Assembly: GCA_902464015.1 (NCBI GenBank)
Contig: CABQHM010000002.1
Location: 1,147 to 65,146 of the forward strand
Length of the DNA: 64,000 nt
Direction of reading: 5' to 3'
Source: an uncultured Coriobacteriales bacterium
GTDB lineage: Bacteria; Actinomycetota; Coriobacteriia; Coriobacteriales; UMGS124
Part shown: one piece after another, positions 19,689 to 30,585 of the stretch
How the letters are laid out: each line of letters opens with the position of its first letter
Position numbering within the stretch: position 1 is the first letter of the stretch
Position numbers and translations under genes: made by a program
The notes under the pieces: generated by a model
Database searches by the model: none
Seen by the model: only the letters and a program-made list of their open reading frames with translations
What the model was told of the DNA's origin: nothing

Positions 19689-19906
19689 CGGGGGATTCCT
19701 TTCGCGTTTCGTACCGCCTTTGGCGATATTTGGTTTAGCGATAGATAAACTGGTGTCAATGACGTATTTGAAATACGATGGCCGGAAAGTATAGGCATTT
19801 AACCTGCGGTTTTGAAGTGCCCCGGTTATTCAAATTATCGCATGCTGGTTATGAGAGCGATGCTGGACACAGGAGATTCGAATGGACACTGGCAAGACAT
19901 GGAGTC

Positions 19907-20001
19907 GCATTTAACATACATTTCAGGATTTTGAAAATCGCGTCAACTGGTGTTTTAATGAAATAACATACATTTGAATTCGCCAAATGTATGTTAATCG
20001 C
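19907..20001 (+). repeat. MITE-like element, family A, copy 3
   Basis: GCATTTAACATACATTT ... GTCAACTGGTGTTTT ... AAATGTATGTTAATCGC. Confidence 0.85.
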
Positions 20002-20044
20002 AAAGTAGCGGCACCGAGCGCCATCCAAACGCCGCCGAGCACGC

Positions 20045-20087
20045 AAAAAGCCGCGCAGACCCCGGTTTCCCAGAATCCGCGCGGCTT
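20045..20087 (-). terminator. intrinsic terminator-like hairpin (minus strand)
   Basis: AAGCCGCGC ... GCGCGGCTT stem. On the minus strand it is followed by TTTTT. Confidence 0.5.
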
Positions 20088-20327
20088 AGCAGCGCTTGTG
20101 ACCCCCTAGCTCCACCAGAGCGAGCTAAAGGTCAACGAAGTAGGCAACAAACGACGGTATTTCCGCCAACCTGTCCGCGTAAGCCAAAGCACGATACGCA
20201 AACCTGGTGGCTGCCCCACCGTCTTTGGCGTGGGCCGACGCTCAACAACGCCGAGCCCATCCTCAACGTCCCTCTTCACGCCCGTGTGAGCTCAAGACCA
20301 GGGACGCAGGCCAATTTCAGGCTGCCC

Positions 20328-21887
20328 TTATGCCTTCGCGGCGCTGGCGCCGGCGATACGGCCCCAGTTGAGGGTGCCCTGCAGGCAGGTGCCCGAGCCG
20401 GGATAGTACGGGCCAAGCCAACCGCCCGAATTGGTGCCGGCTGCGAACAGGTGGGCGATGGGCTCGCCTGCACGGTCGACGACCTGAGCGTCCGTCGTGA
20501 TCTTGAGGCCGCCGATGGAGCCAATGTTGGTGTTAACCGTCTTCCAGGCATAGAACGGTGCCTCGTCGAGGGCGATCAGCTGCACCTCGCGACCGTACAG
20601 GCTGTCCTTGCCAGCGGCAACGTCGTCGTTCCACTTGTCCACGCTGAACTTGAGGACGTCGGGGTCGACGCCCATGGCGTCGGCAAGCTCCTCGATGGTC
20701 TGGCCGGTGACCATGCTGCCGTCGTCGAGTGCCTCCTGAAGCTTGTCGGGGTCGCTCCAGGCAGCTTGCGAGACGCTCGTCATCTTGTTGTCCATGACCA
20801 TCCAGGTGCAACCCGTGGTGCCGGCCTCGTCGTCGAAGCCGCCCTCCTGGATGCATGCGTTGTAGATGGCACGGCAGTGGAACGCGTAGGTGGTGTCCTC
20901 GCGCACGAAACGCACGCCGCGCTGGTTCACAAGGATGTAAGGAATCTCGGGGTTGGTGTTGTTGGTGTAGCTCCAGGTAGCAAGCAGCAGATCGACGGCA
21001 CCACCGAAGCGACCCACATCAGCACCGGCCTCGATGCCCATGACGATGCCGTCGCCCGTGTCGGTCGCGGCCGTGGCAACAGCCTGGGTCTTGAGATCCC
21101 AGTACTGCTGGGGGTTGTACTTCTTGGCGAGCTCCTCGTTGTGCTCGATGCCGCTCATGGCAAGTACGACGCCCTTGGTTGCCTGGTAGTGCTTGCCGTC
21201 GGCGGTCTCCACGCCGGCAACGCCGTCATCGCCCATGACCAGGTGCGCAGCGGCGGTACCCGTCATAATCTCGCCGCCCGCCTCACGCACGGCGGCCTCG
21301 GCGTTGGTGGTCCACACAACGCCGCCCGTCTTGGTGGCATCGGCAGCATCGGTGATAAGGTGGATGCGGTCGGCCATGTTGGCGGGGTCGGTGTAGGCAG
21401 CAGGATAGCAGCCGAAGACCTTGGAGTAGGTGATGCCAAAGTTATCGGCCATCCACTGCAGGTTGTCGGCAGCGTTGTCGGCCATCACGCGCACCAGGTC
21501 GGGGTCGACGAGGCCCTCGCCGTCCTGCATCCAGAAGGCATAATGCTTGTCGGCGGAGTCGTCATCGACGCCGTTGACACCCAGCTCCTTCTGCCAGGTA
21601 GTGCCAGAGGCCTGAACAGCACCCTCGGCCGTGGCCGTCGTGCCGCCGCACGCATCGCCCTTCTCGAGCACGAGCACCTTTTCGGCGCCCTGCTCAAGTG
21701 CGGAATACGCGGCAGTCAGGCCAGAGCCACCGCCACCGCAGACGATGACGTCGTACGTACCGTCCCAGGTAACCTCATCGGCGCGGGCCAGCGGCACTGC
21801 CCCAGCGACGCCAGCGACACCGGCTGCCAGCGCGGCACCAGCGACAAAGCTACGACGGCTCAGATCAACGTTCTTCATTGCAGACAT
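20328..21887 (-). CDS. TAT-exported FAD-dependent oxidoreductase (fumarate-reductase-like flavoprotein)
   Basis: Twin-arginine signal LSRRSFVAGAALAAGVAG...ARA. FAD motif DVIVCGGGGSGLTAAYSA. C-terminal HLFAAGTNSGG. RBS GGGGGA. Confidence 0.85.
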   Translation of the reverse strand: MSAMKNVDLSRRSFVAGAALAAGVAGVAGAVPLARADEVTWDGTYDVIVCGGGGSGLTAAYSALEQGAEKVLVLEKGDACGGTTATAEGAVQASGTTWQKELGVNGVDDDSADKHYAFWMQDGEGLVDPDLVRVMADNAADNLQWMADNFGITYSKVFGCYPAAYTDPANMADRIHLITDAADATKTGGVVWTTNAEAAVREAGGEIMTGTAAAHLVMGDDGVAGVETADGKHYQATKGVVLAMSGIEHNEELAKKYNPQQYWDLKTQAVATAATDTGDGIVMGIEAGADVGRFGGAVDLLLATWSYTNNTNPEIPYILVNQRGVRFVREDTTYAFHCRAIYNACIQEGGFDDEAGTTGCTWMVMDNKMTSVSQAAWSDPDKLQEALDDGSMVTGQTIEELADAMGVDPDVLKFSVDKWNDDVAAGKDSLYGREVQLIALDEAPFYAWKTVNTNIGSIGGLKITTDAQVVDRAGEPIAHLFAAGTNSGGWLGPYYPGSGTCLQGTLNWGRIAGASAAKA

Positions 21888-22150
21888 AGGATGTCCCCCT
21901 TATAAGACATCTTGCCCGCCGGCACACGGCTGTGCACCGGCCCCGCGTGTGAGGCATCCGCAAAGCCCGCCTCGCAAACGATACCGCGCATCCTAGTCCA
22001 GCGCGCCGAAGTTGTTAAGCAAAATTTTTGCGAATTTACAAGAGGGTAATCAATGAAAGGCGCAGTGGGCTGGATGGGCGGCGGATTGCTAGACAGACCA
22101 ACCCCTGCATTGCCCGACAATTCACGACACAAGCACAAAACCCGCACGCC

Positions 22151-22993
22151 TCACGCCGTCAAACATGCCGCCGGGATAACGTAGATGCCATCTTTGCGGC
22201 AATACGCCAGGGTGCTCTTGCCTGTGATGACCGCCATGAACGCCGGCTCAGGATTCTGGGCCGCTGGGTTCTCCACCACCTTGCGCCGCAGGCGAAGGAG
22301 CGACTCGGCGGCCTGGTCAACCTTCACGTCGCTGAGTTTCACCTCGATAGCCGCCCATTTTGCCCCGCGCTCAAGGATGGCATCAACCTCGAGATCCTTG
22401 TCATCGCGGTAATAGCACACGCGGTTTGCGACCCCAGAATAGGAGTCCATGATGGCCCAAAGATCGTGCATCACGAGATTCTCGAACAACATCCCGAGCG
22501 TCTGAGTGTCAAAAATGAGCCGGTCAGGACTCGCCCCCAGCAATGCGGCAGGTAGCGACGTATCAGCAAAATAACGCTTTGGCTTAGTACGCACGCGGTT
22601 CTTCGCACGCATAGGCGGAGCCCAGCCACCGATCTCCTCCATGAGATACAGGCGATTGAAGAAGGCCAGGTACTCGTCGAGCACATTTGCCTGAGATGCC
22701 GATGCCTCGTCCGACCCTGTATAGATGAGGTTTACACCCTGTTTTGAATGAAGAATACACCCATATTTGGGTGAAGTTTGCACCTGTGCCGACCATGCGC
22801 GGCCCGTCGAGCAAACAGGCGTCGACAGGCCGCATTCGCAATCGACGCGAGACACCTGTTCGACGATGATGTCTCGTTCGGAACTGGCCGCCACCAAAAC
22901 TAAAACTGATTTTCGTCTCTCGCTGATTTTCGTCGAAAGTAAAACTCGTTTTAACATCAGCGCGAGCAATCCCCAGCCTCTTCTCCGCCACAA
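22151..22993 (-). pseudogene. decayed DUF4143-type AAA ATPase gene (no Walker A, apparent internal deletion)
   Basis: The C-terminal half matches the DUF4143 pattern (KPKRYFADTSL..., DKDLEVDAILE..., AIEVKLS). The N-terminal part lacks a GxxxxGK[ST] P-loop. The segment is visibly lower in GC than its flanks. Confidence 0.5.
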
Positions 22994-23116
22994 GGTCTCG
23001 ACGGCATCCGGAGGGTCTACGCGCTCGACTGGCTACTGGGGAAGGGCCGACCGCCCTTCCCCAGCCCCTTACTCTGCTGACAGCAGCCGCTGGGCTTGCG
23101 GCGAGGCGAGAGGGCC

Positions 23117-24970
23117 CTATTTCGTGGGCTTCCGAGCAACAGGGGCCTGCAGGATGCCCCCAAGCTGGAAGTGGGCCTGTACGGAGTCATCGCCCAAGCT
23201 GAAGTCGCGAAAACCGTACAGGTTGTAGCACAGCGTCGGAGCGCCCTCAACATCTCCCTGGGCATACCCGTCACCACCAGCGGCAATGCCGAGCACGACC
23301 TCGCCGTTTCGGTCTGAAGCGCCCCACAGGATGGCACTTGTGCGCGGCTCACCCCAGTCGGTGTCGCAGCGCACAAAAGAACCGGAGAGATCCGCCTCAA
23401 TCGGGTCGCCCTCCACTTGGAAGGTCTCGCCCACATCACTGTAAGGGTACTCGTACGTATTGACATCACCTGGGGCGAACGAAACATGCGCAGTGGCCGA
23501 GCCGTCGTCGGCCACCGTGAGGTCGAGCTGTACGCTCGTGTCGTTGTCCGGCAGAATGTAGGTTCCGGAAAGCGACGAAAGAGAGCTCACCCACGCAGGA
23601 GTCGCGCCGTCATAGGCCTGGGGTTCGGTGATGGCACCCGTCCAATGGCTCCACTTGGCCACCCATGCCCCGGTCTGGTCGATCCAGCCGTCGCTGACAA
23701 TGCCCGAAACGTCGTCCAGCGTGCACACGTACGCTAGACCACCGGTAAAACACGAGGTCAAAGGGATATAGGAGCTTTCGGCGTCGCCAAATCGCGGAGC
23801 AATGGCCCAGACTCCCTGCGCGTTGATAAACCCGTAGCGCTCGGTGCCGGGGTCCTCTACAAACGCAAGACCCTCAGAGAACGGCTTCGCGTCGCCATAG
23901 CGGCACGGCAGCGACCATGCACCTTGACCATCCAGATATCCCCACAGCCCCCAGCGCCAATCATTGCAGTTGAGCAGGCCGTCTTTGTAATAGTCGGCGC
24001 GCATCAGGTAGTAATGACCATGATCTTGCGCGTAGTCGGGATCGCCAAGCGGCACAGGAGCAAGTTCGTTCATCGACGTGTCGAACACGTAATGGTTGAA
24101 GTAAAGCAGGCCCTCATGGTAGTCGCACCCCGCAAAGGCATTGCGGTCGGTGCGGGCGTAATGCTCGTTTTGGTCGAAGTCCACCACGACGTTACCGTCG
24201 GCGTCGTAATACTGCTTCTGCTCGCGCGCCAAACCGGACGTTGAGAAGACGAGCGGGATATCGTAAACGTACGGCTGCAGCGAATCCTCAGTCGAGCGGC
24301 CAAACCAATTGCCCGTCGTGTCGATGCAGCCCCAGGCGTCGCCATCATGCGTGCCTGCGAGAAATGCCCGGCCCTGACAGAAGCACGTAGCCGTGAGACA
24401 GTCGAGCGCACCGAATGGGTCGGTACCATCGGGCGTGATGAAATGGATGTCACCCGAAGAATCCTGCACGAGGGCAAAGCCCTCGGAAAACTGGCACGCG
24501 GTCTCAAACTGCGGGTCGATAGCCCAAGCGCCGGTCTTGTCGATGTAGCCCCACTTACCCTCGGCGTCTGTGTCAGCGCCCGCCTGCACAGGCATGAGGT
24601 CGCCCGCGAAAACGCCGGGCACGACGAGCATGGCGTCAGCATAGCGCTGAGAAAGGCTGCCTCCCAGGCTGCCCAGGCACAGCGGCACCGCGTCGCCGGG
24701 CATACCGCCCACCGCCTCAAACTGCGGCTTGATGACCCAGGCGCCAGTCTTGTCTACGAAGCCCCACAGGCACGTCCCCGAGCCGTCGAAAGGATTGTCG
24801 AAGGCGGCATACAGATACGAGGAGGCGTCCGTGGAGGTCTCGGCTGCTCCACCCTGGCCGGCAGAGTCCCCAGCATCTGCCCACGCCGGGTCCAAACGAC
24901 CGGCAAGGCGCAGTGCAGCCGTGGAAAGTGCGGCAAGTCCGCCCAGGCAGACAGCCTGGCGACGCGTCAT
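23117..24970 (-). CDS. WG-repeat (KWG) containing exported protein
   Basis: Signal MTRRQAVCLGGLAALSTAALRLAG. Multiple repeats of the KWGYIDKTGAWAIDPQFE type. Confidence 0.75.
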   Translation of the reverse strand: MTRRQAVCLGGLAALSTAALRLAGRLDPAWADAGDSAGQGGAAETSTDASSYLYAAFDNPFDGSGTCLWGFVDKTGAWVIKPQFEAVGGMPGDAVPLCLGSLGGSLSQRYADAMLVVPGVFAGDLMPVQAGADTDAEGKWGYIDKTGAWAIDPQFETACQFSEGFALVQDSSGDIHFITPDGTDPFGALDCLTATCFCQGRAFLAGTHDGDAWGCIDTTGNWFGRSTEDSLQPYVYDIPLVFSTSGLAREQKQYYDADGNVVVDFDQNEHYARTDRNAFAGCDYHEGLLYFNHYVFDTSMNELAPVPLGDPDYAQDHGHYYLMRADYYKDGLLNCNDWRWGLWGYLDGQGAWSLPCRYGDAKPFSEGLAFVEDPGTERYGFINAQGVWAIAPRFGDAESSYIPLTSCFTGGLAYVCTLDDVSGIVSDGWIDQTGAWVAKWSHWTGAITEPQAYDGATPAWVSSLSSLSGTYILPDNDTSVQLDLTVADDGSATAHVSFAPGDVNTYEYPYSDVGETFQVEGDPIEADLSGSFVRCDTDWGEPRTSAILWGASDRNGEVVLGIAAGGDGYAQGDVEGAPTLCYNLYGFRDFSLGDDSVQAHFQLGGILQAPVARKPTK

Positions 24971-25258
24971 GGCAGAAACTGGCTCATGCAGATTGCTGAT
25001 TCGAACGCCCATGCGATACCCCTAACTCAAACAGCCTTGCATCAAAACGTTCGCATTGTACGTCGCCTTGAAACGGGGTCATCGACTGTCCGACAATAAT
25101 CACCGTTGCGTCTCTTTGAGAGGCGCAGGACGGAGAACTTTCCACGGTCGCCCGCGGCTCCTCATCCATCGCAAGAACTACGACGGCATCGGCAGGGTCT
25201 GCGTGCGTAGGCGACCGTTGGCGAAGGGCCGAAAGGGCCGACCGCCCGACCCAGCTCC

Positions 25259-26650
25259 CTACTCCGGCGGCATCTCGCTGGGCTTGCGGCGGGCGCGGAC
25301 GATATCGTAGGGGCGCAGGGGGCGGTCGCAGGTCATGCGGTAGGTTTCCATCTGACGTGTGACGGCATCGACCGACACGGGGCCTGCCACCTCGGCATCC
25401 GCGCACGCGCCCTCGCCTCCGCTTGTCTGCACAGGCAACCAGCGCAGGTCGCGCACGTGAAGGGGCTCGCTTGCGCAGCCCGGCGAGAGAACCTCGAGCT
25501 CGCTCGCGCAGTCGAAACGGTTGCGGGCGCGGAACGTGACTTGGTAGGCAACGGCATGGGCTGCCTCCTCGCTCGCGAGCCCGACAGTGGCATCAGTGCC
25601 CCCACGATCTGCGCACACAGCTGCACCAGCGGCGTCCGAACCCGGTTCGTCAGCACTCAGCGCCACAGCCTCGCCCGCCTCATCTACTTGCTCACACTCC
25701 AGCACTTCGGCGACCCACATCCACTCGGACTGCGATTGGCGCAGATAGGGGGCCTGATGAGCCGGTCCGAAGAAGAAGCCCGTGCCATAGGGGTGATGCG
25801 AGACCGTCTCAAGCTCACTCGCAACAGCCGCCGGGTCCTCACCGTCGAGCACGCGCCGGTAAGCCCCCGTCACGGTCGCCGCGTAGAACGCACCGCGACC
25901 GCGGCCCTCGAGCTTGATCGAGTCCACACCTGCGACCTCGAGCTCGCCCAGATGCTCCAGCATGTTGAGGTCGCGCGAGCTAAAGAGATACGTCGCGCGC
26001 TCATCCTCCTCCAGCGTGAACGTCTCGCCCGGCCGCGACGGCTCCTCGAGCTTCCACTCCCAGCGGCACGGCTGCGTGCAGTGGCCGCCGTTGGCAGGGC
26101 GCCCGTTCAGGAAGTCGGATATGATGCAGCGCCCCGAGTACGACATGCACATGCTGCCGTGGGCAAACACCTCGAGCTCAAGGGAGGCGGGCAGGTCGGC
26201 GTGCATGGCAGCGATGTCGGCCAGCGACATCTCGCGGGCGCACACCACACGGCGCGCGCCCAGCTCGTGCCAAGCAAGCGCGGCGGCGGAGTTGGACACG
26301 CTCGCCTGAGTGCTCACATGCAGGTCGACCTCGGGCGCATAGCGCTTGGCCAGGGCAAACGCCCCCATGTCGGAAATGATGAGCGCGTCGACCCCAGACT
26401 TCTGCACGGCCTCAAAGTACGCCGGAAGCTCCTTCAGGTCATCCTCGTGCATCACTGTGTTGCACGCCACATGCACGGCGACCCCGCGCTCGTGGGCGTA
26501 GGCACTTACCCACGGCAGGTCCTCCACCTTGAAATTGGAGGCGCGCTTGCGCATGCCGAAGCGCTCGCAGGCAAGGTAGACCGCATCAGCACCGAAGCGA
26601 ATTGCATACTCAAGCTGTTCTTTGCCACCCGCCGGCGCCAAAAGCTCCAT
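25259..26650 (-). CDS. peptidase U32 family protein
   Basis: MELLAPAGG...AIRFGADAVY N-terminus and the EVFAHGSMCMSYSGRCIIS motif typical of the U32 family. ATG at 26650. Confidence 0.8.
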   Translation of the reverse strand: MELLAPAGGKEQLEYAIRFGADAVYLACERFGMRKRASNFKVEDLPWVSAYAHERGVAVHVACNTVMHEDDLKELPAYFEAVQKSGVDALIISDMGAFALAKRYAPEVDLHVSTQASVSNSAAALAWHELGARRVVCAREMSLADIAAMHADLPASLELEVFAHGSMCMSYSGRCIISDFLNGRPANGGHCTQPCRWEWKLEEPSRPGETFTLEEDERATYLFSSRDLNMLEHLGELEVAGVDSIKLEGRGRGAFYAATVTGAYRRVLDGEDPAAVASELETVSHHPYGTGFFFGPAHQAPYLRQSQSEWMWVAEVLECEQVDEAGEAVALSADEPGSDAAGAAVCADRGGTDATVGLASEEAAHAVAYQVTFRARNRFDCASELEVLSPGCASEPLHVRDLRWLPVQTSGGEGACADAEVAGPVSVDAVTRQMETYRMTCDRPLRPYDIVRARRKPSEMPPE

Positions 26651-26879
26651 CGTGCGCACCTCGTCCTTTCTGTCAAAAACCAACAAAAACGGCCCTCAAA
26701 AGGTGCCCTTTCGCTAACAACCCACTCGATCGGTCAAAAAAGCCAATGTATCAGTCATTTTTGCGTCTGAAAGCGTTTTCAGGGCGCGATAAAACAAGTA
26801 TTATGCCCCATGGTGCTCATCCTTAGGCACCCTGTGACACCAACCCACAAAAATGGGTTGCTATCGAAAGGGAAGGGAC

Positions 26880-28307
26880 ATGGAGAAGCTCTTTAAGCTC
26901 AAAGCCAACGGCACCTCGGTGAAGACCGAGATCGCCGCCGGCCTCACGACGTTCATGACGATGGCATACATCATCGCCCTGAACCCGAACCTGCTCACCA
27001 ACTTCAGGTCGGGCGGAGGCGACGAGCTGTGGAACGCCGTCTTCCTGGCAACGTGCCTGGCCTCCGGCATCGCCATGGTTTGCATGGCGTTCTGGGCCAA
27101 CAAGCCCTTCTGCCTTGCCCCCGGCATGGGCCTCAACAGCTTCTTCGCACTGGTCGTAACGCAGATCGCCTCCTTCACGGGCGCGAGCTACATCGCCTCC
27201 TTCCAGGCTGCCCTCATCATCGTGCTTGCTGAGGGCATCGTGTTCTTGATCCTCACGCTGTGCAACGTGCGCGAAAAGATCGTCGAGGCCATCCCCTACG
27301 GCGTGCGCACCGGCATCGCCCCTGCTATTGGCCTTATGCTGCTCAACATCGGCATCGGCTCCAACGCCGGCGTCTACGACAACAACGGCAACTGCTTCTA
27401 CGTGATGCGCGACTTCTTCGGCTCGCTTTCGGCCACTACCGTGGCAACCAACATGGGCGACGCCTACCCCACCATGGTGCTCACCGTGGTCACCATGTTC
27501 CTGGGCCTCTTCGCCATCATACTCATGGCCAAGCGCGGCATGCGCGCCGCCGTCATCCTCGGCATGCTCATCGCCTCGGTCATCTACTGGGCCGGCGAGG
27601 CCATCTTCCTGGGCGTCGACCCGTTCGCCGGTCTTGCCACCGCCTCCTGGATGCCCGCCTTCGGCGCCATGGCTGAGCTCACGCTCTTCAAGTTCAACTT
27701 CGCCACGTTCTTCGAGATGGGCTGGTTCACCGTCATCACGCTCATCATCACGTTCTGCATGATCGACATGTTCGACACCATCGGCACCCTCGTGGGCACC
27801 GCTTCGCGCGCCGGTATGCTCGATGAGAACGGCAAGATGCCCCAGATGAAGGAAGCCATGCTCTCCGACTCCGTGGGCACCATCGTGGGCGCCTGCACCG
27901 GCACCTCCACCGTCACGACCTTTGTCGAGTCCGCCTCGGGCGTCGAGGCCGGCGGTCGCACGGGCCTCACCTCGCTCACCTGCGGCATCCTGTTCTTCGC
28001 CTGCATGTTCATCGCCCCCATTGCGGCCATCATCCCCGCACCGGCGACTTCCGCTGCCCTCATCTACGTCGGCATTATCATGCTCTCGGCCCTGAAGAAG
28101 ATCGACCTCGACGACCTCGACCAGGTCGTTCCCGTGGCGCTCATGCTCATCGCCATGCCCGTCTCCGGCTCCATCGGCCACGCCATCGGCATCGGCCTCA
28201 TCGCCTTCACCGTCATGAACGTATGCTCCGGCAAGGCCAGCAAGCAGTACATCCTGACCTACGTCATCGCCGCCATCTTCCTCGTGAAGTTCTTCCTGGT
28301 GGCATAA
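26880..28307 (+). CDS. NCS2/AzgA-family purine (adenine/guanine/hypoxanthine) permease
   Basis: MEKLFKLKANGTSVKTEIAAGLTTFMTMAYIIALNP is the canonical AzgA-type N-terminus. Polytopic membrane protein. Confidence 0.85.
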   Translation: MEKLFKLKANGTSVKTEIAAGLTTFMTMAYIIALNPNLLTNFRSGGGDELWNAVFLATCLASGIAMVCMAFWANKPFCLAPGMGLNSFFALVVTQIASFTGASYIASFQAALIIVLAEGIVFLILTLCNVREKIVEAIPYGVRTGIAPAIGLMLLNIGIGSNAGVYDNNGNCFYVMRDFFGSLSATTVATNMGDAYPTMVLTVVTMFLGLFAIILMAKRGMRAAVILGMLIASVIYWAGEAIFLGVDPFAGLATASWMPAFGAMAELTLFKFNFATFFEMGWFTVITLIITFCMIDMFDTIGTLVGTASRAGMLDENGKMPQMKEAMLSDSVGTIVGACTGTSTVTTFVESASGVEAGGRTGLTSLTCGILFFACMFIAPIAAIIPAPATSAALIYVGIIMLSALKKIDLDDLDQVVPVALMLIAMPVSGSIGHAIGIGLIAFTVMNVCSGKASKQYILTYVIAAIFLVKFFLVA

Positions 28308-28337
28308 GGCACAACGCGCGCATACGACGCGCAGAGC

Positions 28338-28388
28338 AAGGCGCCCTGCGGGTTTGGCGATTTCCGCCGGCCTGCAGGGCGCCTTTTC
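28338..28388 (+). terminator. intrinsic terminator-like hairpin
   Basis: 12-bp stem AAGGCGCCCTGC / GCAGGGCGCCTT followed by TTTT. Confidence 0.6.
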
Positions 28389-28423
28389 CGTGCGCTCGCT
28401 ATAGATGAAGCAACGCTGGCCAG

Positions 28424-29035
28424 TTACCTGCGCTTATAGAGAAGCTTGGCCGCGCCCTTCTTGTTGACGGTCTCCACCTTGTGGACGGCCAGGCCCTGGG
28501 CGCCCTCCTCCTGCATGGCGGTCAGGCGGTAGAAGAAGCCGCCCTCGCGGTAGACGTCCACAGCCACGCGCATGATGGCACCCTCGCGGTCGAACTCAAC
28601 CACGGCACTCTTGTCGCCGGGTTCATGGAGCGCGACATCCTCCTCCACATGCAGGCACACGGGGCACGCCATGGCAAACCCGCGCTTGTCCACGGGCGCG
28701 TACTCCACGTGGCAGAACTTGTAGCCCGGGCTCTTCACGCCGACGCGCACATGCTCAAACGCGCCGAGCGGGCAGTTGTCAACGAGCTCCTCCGCCTGCG
28801 ACATGATGGCGTTGAGCTGGGCAATTACACCCTCCAGGCACTCCAGGTCCTGCGACGCCTTGAAGACGAACGTCGTGAACGTGCCGCCGCCCTTCTTGTT
28901 GGTGCTCAAGGGCACCATGCCCTGCACGCCACAGGGGAACGGCGCGGTCTTCTCCTGGGTGGGCTTCGCCACACGGTCGCCGGCGAGGCGGATCTTCTCG
29001 CCCCCGAGCTTGTCGTTTGACCCTACGAACTCCAT
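28424..29035 (-). CDS. hypothetical protein
   Basis: ATG 29035 follows AGGAGCG. Coding-like composition. No domain recognisable by eye (Cys/His pairs CHVEY...CPVCLH). Confidence 0.55.
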   Translation of the reverse strand: MEFVGSNDKLGGEKIRLAGDRVAKPTQEKTAPFPCGVQGMVPLSTNKKGGGTFTTFVFKASQDLECLEGVIAQLNAIMSQAEELVDNCPLGAFEHVRVGVKSPGYKFCHVEYAPVDKRGFAMACPVCLHVEEDVALHEPGDKSAVVEFDREGAIMRVAVDVYREGGFFYRLTAMQEEGAQGLAVHKVETVNKKGAAKLLYKRR

Positions 29036-29169
29036 GCTTTCCACGCTCCTTCGCTGTTTTGCACTCGCATGCATCATACAGGCAAAGCCATTGGCCCGTC
29101 TCGCGACAGCCCCGGTCTTGAAAAGGTTAGAATCAAAGAATGCGAAAATCCCAGGCCGGAAGGACCGTC

Positions 29170-30522
29170 ATGAACCACGCCGCGCAGCATCCCGACACAC
29201 ACGCCAGCTCTCGTTTTGAGCTCCAAGGTGGCGGTGCGTCCCTCACCCAGGATTGCGCGCGCGGCCAGCAGGGGCTCACGCGCCGCTCGTTCTCGACGTA
29301 TCTGGCCACCGCGGCCGTGGGAACGCTGGGCCTTGCCTGCACCGCGTGCGGGGCGGAAGACGCAAGCTCGAACGCGGCCCATCTCGTTACCTCCGCGGTT
29401 CCCGGCGACATCGCGGCGCCGGGCACAGGCGACGCGCCTGCATACTCGGGGGACACCCGCATCACGTTCTGCGCCGTGGGCGACAACCTCGCCAATGAGC
29501 GCACCCTGGAGATTGCCGAGATGTGGGGAGGCGCCGGGTCGAGCGACGGCGTGTACGACTTCTCGCCCCTGTACCGCGAGATCGCGCCCATCGTGAGCGG
29601 CTTTGACATCGCCTTCGTCAACCAGGAGACCGTCCTGGGAGGCAACACCGACTGGGACTGGAGCGGCTACCCCAGCTACAACACGCCCGACTCCATGGCA
29701 CAGGCGCTGGTAGATGCGGGATTTGACGTGGTGAGCTCCAACACCAACCACACCTACGACTACTGGACGGGCCCCATCGAGCACATGCAGCAGCTGTGGA
29801 AGGGCTACCCGAACATCGCCTTCATCGGCAGCTACACCGACGAGGAGGACCGCGCGCAGGTGCGCGTGGTGGAGCGCAAGGGCGCCAAGGTCGCCTTCCT
29901 CTCCTATTCCTACGGCCAGAACGGCTACGACCAGGCCGATCTGCCCAATGACTATTACGCCGTGCCCTGGGATGCCGCCGCGTTCGCGCAGGACTACGCG
30001 CGTGCCCGCGCGGCGGCCGACGCCGTGGTGGTGTACATGCACGGCGGCGAGGAATACACAAGCGAGCCCAACGACTGGCAGCGCGAAGTGGCCCAGACCT
30101 GCGCCGACGCCGGAGTCGACCTGGTCATCGGCAGCCACGCCCATGTCATCCAAAGCTTTGAGCAGGTACCGCGCGCAGACGGCAGCGGCACCATGCCGTG
30201 CGTCTACGGCCTGGGCGACTTCGTGAGCAGCTACACCGACTATCCCGAGACGGTGCTTTCGGGCATGTTCAGTTGCGATATTGTGATATCTGCCTCCGGA
30301 TCGGTCAGTATCGAAAACCTTGCCTGGACCCCACTCGTAGAATACTGGACCTACTCGGCAGACGGCACGCCCGATGACTACGTACGCCTCGTGAGCACCA
30401 TGAGCGCCGAAGAAGCCGCCGGCGACTACCTGCTGTCGAGCCTGGGAAGCGACGCCCTCGCCTGGATGCAGGAGCATACGGCCGAGGTCGTTGGCAACTC
30501 CGGGATTACCATCAAAGACTAG
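29170..30522 (+). CDS. CapA-family (PGA_cap metallophosphatase-like) exported protein
   Basis: TAT-like LTRRSFSTYLATAAVG signal. CapA-type motifs FCAVGDNL and SSNTNHTYDY. ATG 29170 follows GGAAGGA (alternative start 29140). Confidence 0.7.
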   Translation: MNHAAQHPDTHASSRFELQGGGASLTQDCARGQQGLTRRSFSTYLATAAVGTLGLACTACGAEDASSNAAHLVTSAVPGDIAAPGTGDAPAYSGDTRITFCAVGDNLANERTLEIAEMWGGAGSSDGVYDFSPLYREIAPIVSGFDIAFVNQETVLGGNTDWDWSGYPSYNTPDSMAQALVDAGFDVVSSNTNHTYDYWTGPIEHMQQLWKGYPNIAFIGSYTDEEDRAQVRVVERKGAKVAFLSYSYGQNGYDQADLPNDYYAVPWDAAAFAQDYARARAAADAVVVYMHGGEEYTSEPNDWQREVAQTCADAGVDLVIGSHAHVIQSFEQVPRADGSGTMPCVYGLGDFVSSYTDYPETVLSGMFSCDIVISASGSVSIENLAWTPLVEYWTYSADGTPDDYVRLVSTMSAEEAAGDYLLSSLGSDALAWMQEHTAEVVGNSGITIKD

Positions 30523-30585
30523 CGAAGGGCTGTGTGAGCAGCTCAGTTGCACATGCGCTCATGCGCGAAACCAGCGGGAGCAGGA

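Noticed and set aside
19689-19906. SAM or T-box leader upstream of metY (47475-47569 upstream of the paralogue was also checked)
   Set aside because: Only vague resemblance was seen (GGCGGTACGAAACGCG versus the T-box core), with no specifier or antiterminator architecture and no SAM-I or SAM-IV core. Not supportable by eye.
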